From Desulfobacteraceae bacterium (GTDB lineage Bacteria > Desulfobacterota > Desulfobacteria > Desulfobacterales > JALSRD01), in assembly GCA_027061725.1 (NCBI GenBank), contig JAMOVG010000027.1:2416-66415 (forward strand): a DNA stretch of 64,000 bases, written 5' to 3'. Below are positions 57,389-64,000 of this stretch, in pieces. The first letter of the stretch is position 1. Every line of letters begins with the position of its first letter. The position numbers were made by a program, and so were the translations under genes. A model generated the notes under the pieces. That model was not told the DNA's origin. It did no database searches and worked only from the letters and a program-made list of their open reading frames with translations.

Positions 57389-58535
57389 ATTCGATCTCAT
57401 CATCGTGGGCGCCGGTTCGGTGGGCGTACCCACGGCCCTGGCCTGCGCCGAGGCGGGCCTCAAGGCCCTGGTGCTGGACAGGCGCCCCTCGCCGGGACAG
57501 GGCGAGAACAAGCACGCCATCGGCGGCATCCGCGCCACGCACTCCGACCCGGCCAAGATTCTGGTCTGCCACCGCTCGCTGGAGATCTTCTCCACTTGGC
57601 AGGACCTGCACGGCGACGATATCGAGTGGCAGCGGGGCGGGTATGTGTTTCCCGTCTACCGGGAAGAAGAGGAAAGGCTGCTCAAGACCTTCCTGCCGGA
57701 ACAGAAAAAGTTCGGCCTCAACATCGACTTCGTCGACCCGCAGACCATCGCCTCCGTGGTGCCCGGCATCAACCCCGACGGGCTGCGGGGCGGGACGGTC
57801 TCTCCCGATGACGGTTCGGCCTCACCGCTGCTGGCCGTCAACGCCTTCTACCGCAGGGCCGTCCGGCTGGGCGTGGAATTCCGGTTCAACGTCCAGGTGC
57901 AGCAGATCCTCCGGGAAAAGGGCGCCGTCCAGGGAGTACGGACCTCTGCGGGCCGCTTTTCCGCGCCGGTAGTGGTCGATGCCGCCGGTGCCGACTCCCG
58001 GGAGCTCTCCGCCGCCCTGGGCTGCGACATCGCCGTGACCCCCGAATCCCACGAGGCCGGCATCAGCGAACCGGTGCAGATGTTCTGCCCCGCCATGGTG
58101 GTCGACCTGCGGCCGGCGCCGGGATCGCGCAACTACTATTTCTACCAGAACCGGCACGGCCAGGTGGTTTTCTGCATCACGCCGGAGCCGCCCCTGGTGG
58201 GCCACGACTACCGCGAGACGTCCGGTTTCCTGCCCCAGGTCTGCGCACGCATGGTGGACCTCATGCCGCGGCTGAAAAACCTGCGGGTGCGCCGGGTGTG
58301 GCGCGGGCTTTACCCCATGACAGCCGACGGCGTCCCGCTGGTGGGCTGGAACCGGGACGCTTCCGGGCTGCTGCACGCCGTGGGCATGTGCGGTCAGGGG
58401 TTCATGCTTGGCCCCGGCCTCGGTGAACTGCTGGCGCGCATGATCACAGGCGCCTCCACCGCCGACGACCGCGTTGTACTGGCGGGTTTTTCCCTTTACC
58501 GCGACCTCACTTGTGGCATGGAGGCCCTGAAGTAG
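57381..58535 (+). CDS. FAD-dependent oxidoreductase (DAO family; sarcosine oxidase beta / proline dehydrogenase beta-like)
   Basis: The motif FDLIIVGAGSVGVPTALACAEAG is present. Its start overlaps the end of the upstream gene. Confidence 0.8.
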   Translation: MNKFDLIIVGAGSVGVPTALACAEAGLKALVLDRRPSPGQGENKHAIGGIRATHSDPAKILVCHRSLEIFSTWQDLHGDDIEWQRGGYVFPVYREEEERLLKTFLPEQKKFGLNIDFVDPQTIASVVPGINPDGLRGGTVSPDDGSASPLLAVNAFYRRAVRLGVEFRFNVQVQQILREKGAVQGVRTSAGRFSAPVVVDAAGADSRELSAALGCDIAVTPESHEAGISEPVQMFCPAMVVDLRPAPGSRNYYFYQNRHGQVVFCITPEPPLVGHDYRETSGFLPQVCARMVDLMPRLKNLRVRRVWRGLYPMTADGVPLVGWNRDASGLLHAVGMCGQGFMLGPGLGELLARMITGASTADDRVVLAGFSLYRDLTCGMEALK

Positions 58536-58549
58536 ATTCCGATTTTCCC

Positions 58550-58578
58550 TTGACACAACGTGGCACTTTGCATACATT
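58550..58578 (+). promoter_or_regulatory. Sigma-70-like promoter candidate (TTGACA-17 nt-TACATT) upstream of the Sec-peptide gene
   Basis: TTGACA is at 58550-58555 and TACATT at 58573-58578. It sits in the intergenic gap after the stop at 58535 and would give a leader of about 200 nt. Confidence 0.45.
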
Positions 58579-58783
58579 ATATTTGAAGCGAAGTTTTCCG
58601 ACCAGCGAGATTTCACAATGCCCCGTGCGGGCGGTCCCCTAATTTCTCTGTTTTCGGTGCTTTTTCAAAAGTTCCCCAACGAATGATGCCAAACACACTG
58701 GCCGCAGTGTCTCAGGGCAGCCGTCTCCACGCGGATCCTGAAAGGCCGTTTCCACCCCTAACCCTTTGGAACAGGAGGGCACA

Positions 58784-59137
58784 ATGGACAGCAGGGATAT
58801 CAAGAAATACCTTGCCGGATTGAGCATTGCCGGATTGATCAGCCTGGGCGGCTTCACGCTGCCGGGCGCGATGGCCGGCAGCAGCTGAGGTGCACAACCT
58901 AGTGCAGGTAGCACTAAAGTTGAAAAGCCCGCATCGGGCAGCAGCTGAGGCGGCCAAGGCAGCGGTGCCGTGAGCACCGAAGAGACCACGAAGGAAGCCG
59001 AGGAAGCCGCCGAAGAAGTCCAGAAAGAGTCCGGGAAAAGCGGCTGAGGGTCCAGCACCGACAGTGCAGTTGGCACTGACACGAAAAAAGAAGAAGACAA
59101 CAAGAAAGAATCCGGGAAAAGCGGCTGAGGCGGATGA
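58784..59137 (+). CDS. Putative multi-selenocysteine RiPP precursor peptide (SbtA-like), 117 codons with four in-frame UGA
   Basis: AGGAGG at 58773-58778 is followed 5 nt later by ATG 58784. In-frame TGA codons occur at 58886, 58946, 59045 and 59126, all in an S/G-S/G-U-G context. No TAA or TAG occurs in frame until 59285. A SECIS-like hairpin follows each UGA. The N-terminus is signal/leader-like (MDSRDIKKYLAGLSIAGLISLGGFTLPGAMA). A radical SAM/SPASM gene lies immediately downstream. Confidence 0.6.
58900..58916 (+). promoter_or_regulatory. SECIS-like hairpin 1 (UAGUGC-AGGUA-GCACUA)
   Basis: It is a 17-nt hairpin starting exactly 11 nt after UGA-1. It can be extended by CAAC/GUUG (58894-58924). 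Confidence 0.5.
58963..58979 (+). promoter_or_regulatory. SECIS-like hairpin 2 (CGGUGC-CGUGA-GCACCG)
   Basis: It is a 17-nt hairpin starting 14 nt after UGA-2. It shares the GUGC-N5-GCAC core of hairpins 1 and 3. Confidence 0.5.
59022..59130 (+). repeat. 28-nt direct repeat pair (1 mismatch) carrying UGA-3 and UGA-4, period 81 nt
   Basis: AGAAAGA[G/A]TCCGGGAAAAGCGGCTGAGG occurs at 59022-59049 and 59103-59130. A separate 14-nt exact pair GGCAGCAGCTGAGG at 58877-58890 and 58937-58950 carries UGA-1 and UGA-2 with a period of 60 nt. Confidence 0.9.
59062..59078 (+). promoter_or_regulatory. SECIS-like hairpin 3 (CAGUGC-AGUUG-GCACUG)
   Basis: It is a 17-nt perfect hairpin starting 14 nt after UGA-3. 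Confidence 0.5.
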
Positions 59138-59142
59138 TGTTA

Positions 59143-59161
59143 CCGGCGCCGGCGGCGCCGG
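59143..59161 (+). promoter_or_regulatory. GC hairpin 4 (CCGGCGCC-GGC-GGCGCCGG) after UGA-4
   Basis: It has an 8-bp perfect stem and starts 14 nt after UGA-4. Its core sequence differs from hairpins 1-3. Confidence 0.4.
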
Positions 59162-59239
59162 AAAAACACACTCAGCAAAACGGCCGGTTTGCCAGATTCC
59201 GCTGCGGTCGACGGATTCCCGTTCGGATGATGTTTGCCA

Positions 59240-59272
59240 GGAGCCGGCGTCCCCCCGGGGGATCCCGGCTCC
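59240..59272 (+). terminator. Strong hairpin followed by CCUGUUUU, between the precursor and maturase genes (possible leaky terminator)
   Basis: GGAGCCGG...CCGGCTCC forms the outer stem and TCCCC/GGGGA the inner stem. TGTTTT follows and the maturase ATG lies 41 nt downstream. Confidence 0.4.
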
Positions 59273-59312
59273 CCTGTTTTGCAATAACGCCACTCGCCTA
59301 CCAGAGGCCCTC

Positions 59313-60887
59313 ATGAAACCGCTGCCCGATGAGATCCGGTCCGCCTACCCGGTCTGCAGCCGGCTGCTGGCCGAAGAACCGCTGCCCCCGGACGGGCCGG
59401 CACCCACCGTCGAAGACCTGCCCCGAAGGCTCGCCGCCACGCCTGCGGCACTGAAACGCCACCCCTACCTGGCCGACCTGGCCCGCATCGAACAGGCCAT
59501 TCACAAACTGAGCACGGACCCGCCGGGCATCCCCTCCCGCGTGGACCGGCTGCGTCTCAACCCCGCGCTGGTGCTGCTGCCGGTGTCCTGGCAGCGCCTG
59601 CCGGAACGCCTCCAGGACGATCGGGCCGCCCCGGCACCCGTGCCAAACGGCTTCGTGCTGGTCTGGAAAGCGCCCGGCTCAGGGCGCGTTCGCGCCGCCA
59701 CGGCCGACGGGCACGACCTGCTGGCGCTGAAAATCGTCAGCGAGGCAATCGCCCCCCGGCAGGCGGCCGAGGATGGCGGTGTGTCCCTGGGTACCATCGA
59801 CAACATTCTTTACGCCGCCAGCCAGCGCGGCCTGCTGCTGGCACCCCCCTCGCGCATCGTACGCCCACCGGCGTTCGGCCGGGAAGCCGTCGACGGCGAC
59901 CAATTCCGCGTCGCCAGGTGTTTCACCCTCCAGTGGCACATTACCCAGGCCTGCGACCTGCACTGCCGCCACTGCTACGACCGCAGCGACCGCCAGCCCC
60001 TGCCGCTGGTAGAGGCCTTGCGGGTGCTGGACGATCTCTACGATTTCTGCCAGCGAATGCACGTTTACGGCCAGGTCACCTTCACCGGTGGAAACCCCTT
60101 GCTCTACCCCCATTTTGACGAGGTCTACCGCCAGAGCGCGGAGCGCGGCTTCCTGACCGCCGTGCTGGGCAACCCCATGCCACGCCGGCGCATCGAAACC
60201 CTGCTACGCATCCAGGATCTCGAGTTCTACCAGGTCAGCCTGGAGGGCCTGGCCGAACACAACGACTACATTCGCGGCCCCGGCCATTTTCAGCGCACCA
60301 TGGCTTTCCTGGACGTGCTGCGTGAGCTGAACGTCAGCACCATGGTCATGCTGACCCTGACCGATGCCAACATGGGCCAGGTACTGCCGCTGGCCGAACG
60401 GCTGCGCGGGCGCACCGGCGTGTTCACCTTCAACCGGCTCTCGCCCGTGGGCGAAGGCGCCGACCTGTCGCCGGCCGGCACCGGGCGCTACCGCGCCTTC
60501 CTGGAAGACTACCTGCGGGCCGCGCGCAACAATCCCGCCATGCGCCTCAAGGACAACCTCTTCAACATCCTGCTGCACGAGAGGGGGGAGCCCTTTTTCG
60601 GCGGCTGCGCCGGCTTTGGCTGCGGGGCGGCCTTCAACTTCGTCTCCCTGTTGCCCGACGGCGAAGTGCACGCCTGCCGCAAACTGCCCTCGCTGATCGG
60701 CAACATCCGGGAGCGTTCGCTCTACGACATCTACCGCGACGCACCGGCCCGGCGATTCCGCGCCGGCAGCAAGGCCTGCCGCGGCTGCGCCATCCGGCCG
60801 GTGTGCGGCGGGTGCCTGGCCGTGAGCCACGGCAGCGGGCTGAACATCTTCAGGGAACGCGACCCTTACTGCTTCATGGAAAAATAG
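59313..60887 (+). CDS. Radical SAM/SPASM-domain peptide maturase with roughly 200-aa N-terminal extension (SbtM-like)
   Basis: I trimmed the start to ATG 59313. The CX3CX2C motif CDLHCRHC is at 59952-59975 and TFTGGNPLL is present. The C-terminal SPASM-type Cys motifs are GGCAGFGCGA, HACRKL and CRGCAIRPVCGGC. Confidence 0.8.
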   Translation: MKPLPDEIRSAYPVCSRLLAEEPLPPDGPAPTVEDLPRRLAATPAALKRHPYLADLARIEQAIHKLSTDPPGIPSRVDRLRLNPALVLLPVSWQRLPERLQDDRAAPAPVPNGFVLVWKAPGSGRVRAATADGHDLLALKIVSEAIAPRQAAEDGGVSLGTIDNILYAASQRGLLLAPPSRIVRPPAFGREAVDGDQFRVARCFTLQWHITQACDLHCRHCYDRSDRQPLPLVEALRVLDDLYDFCQRMHVYGQVTFTGGNPLLYPHFDEVYRQSAERGFLTAVLGNPMPRRRIETLLRIQDLEFYQVSLEGLAEHNDYIRGPGHFQRTMAFLDVLRELNVSTMVMLTLTDANMGQVLPLAERLRGRTGVFTFNRLSPVGEGADLSPAGTGRYRAFLEDYLRAARNNPAMRLKDNLFNILLHERGEPFFGGCAGFGCGAAFNFVSLLPDGEVHACRKLPSLIGNIRERSLYDIYRDAPARRFRAGSKACRGCAIRPVCGGCLAVSHGSGLNIFRERDPYCFMEK

Positions 60888-61001
60888 GCGTCAGCAATCC
60901 GGTGCGCGCTGATGCCTGAAACCGTCCCGCCCGAAACCTTTTCTCTTTACAAAAATGCCGGATTCTTTTAAAATTTTACTTCTAATTGTGAATTCTTTTA
61001 A

Positions 61002-64000
<2,999 letters not shown>

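Noticed and set aside
58561-58572. TGGCACTTTGCA looks at first like a sigma-54 -24/-12 element.
   Set aside because: The GG-to-GC spacing is 8 nt instead of the required roughly 12 nt. The same bases fit better as the spacer of a TTGACA-17-TACATT sigma-70 promoter.
59064-59312. The upstream extension of the maturase ORF (track start 59064, MQLALTRKKKKTTRKNPGKAAEADD...).
   Set aside because: The extension overlaps the peptide gene in another frame, is Lys/Arg low-complexity, and has no RBS. The ATG at 59313 follows the intergenic hairpin, and the recognisable protein sequence begins there.
58639-59314. Minus-strand track ORFs 58639..59103, 58712..59314 and 58914..59171 cover the Sec-peptide region.
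   Set aside because: They have no RBS and their translations are low-complexity. They exist only because the plus-strand gene is GC/AG-rich. The plus-strand reading explains the repeats, the RBS and the hairpin spacing, and these ORFs do not.

Overview
GC-rich chromosomal segment. The gene content suggests an anaerobic Desulfobacterota-type (deltaproteobacterial) organism: CODH, tungsten AOR, PFOR, sigma-54 regulators and selenocysteine use. That taxonomic call is inference. I did not compute GC values and ran no searches; all protein calls rest on motifs I recognise in the supplied translations.

About 50 credible genes are present:
- cdaA-ybbR fusion, LysM protein, yvcK
- PAS/DHp protein, radical SAM protein, M24 peptidase
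- mutY and yyaL
- nitroreductase and epimerase
- a HesB/IscA-like selenoprotein and an MCP
- a Ugp-like ABC transporter and tatD
- a visibly lower-GC block carrying qNOR, a transposase remnant and a hybrid kinase
- a FNOR-cooF-cooS operon, ubiB and cooC
- a block with HDAC, CBS, prmA, MBL, sirtuin, an ASKHA protein and an MFS transporter
- a sigma-54 module (heme-c sensor kinase, NtrC-type regulator and a divergent small-protein/transporter operon)
- an amino-acid ABC transporter
- a GntR-AOR-MoaD operon
- a two-gene flavoprotein/FeS oxidoreductase
- a 5'-partial PFOR that runs off the window end and is therefore absent from the ORF track

Most interesting locus (58784-60887): a small, RBS-preceded ORF invisible to the ORF track because it contains four in-frame UGA codons. 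The four UGAs sit in duplicated S/G-S/G-U-G contexts. Each is followed 11-14 nt later by a 17-19 nt hairpin, so they look like bacterial SECIS elements. Immediately downstream is a radical SAM/SPASM maturase with a long N-terminal extension. This looks like a multi-selenocysteine RiPP precursor-maturase pair of the SbtA/SbtM 'selenobiotic' type.

A second recoded gene was recovered by joining two track ORFs across UGA: the HesB-like selenoprotein at 12507-12815. An MCP carries an in-frame amber codon.

I saw no rRNA, tRNA or CRISPR array. The many long alternative-frame and antisense ORFs in the track are GC-driven shadows.
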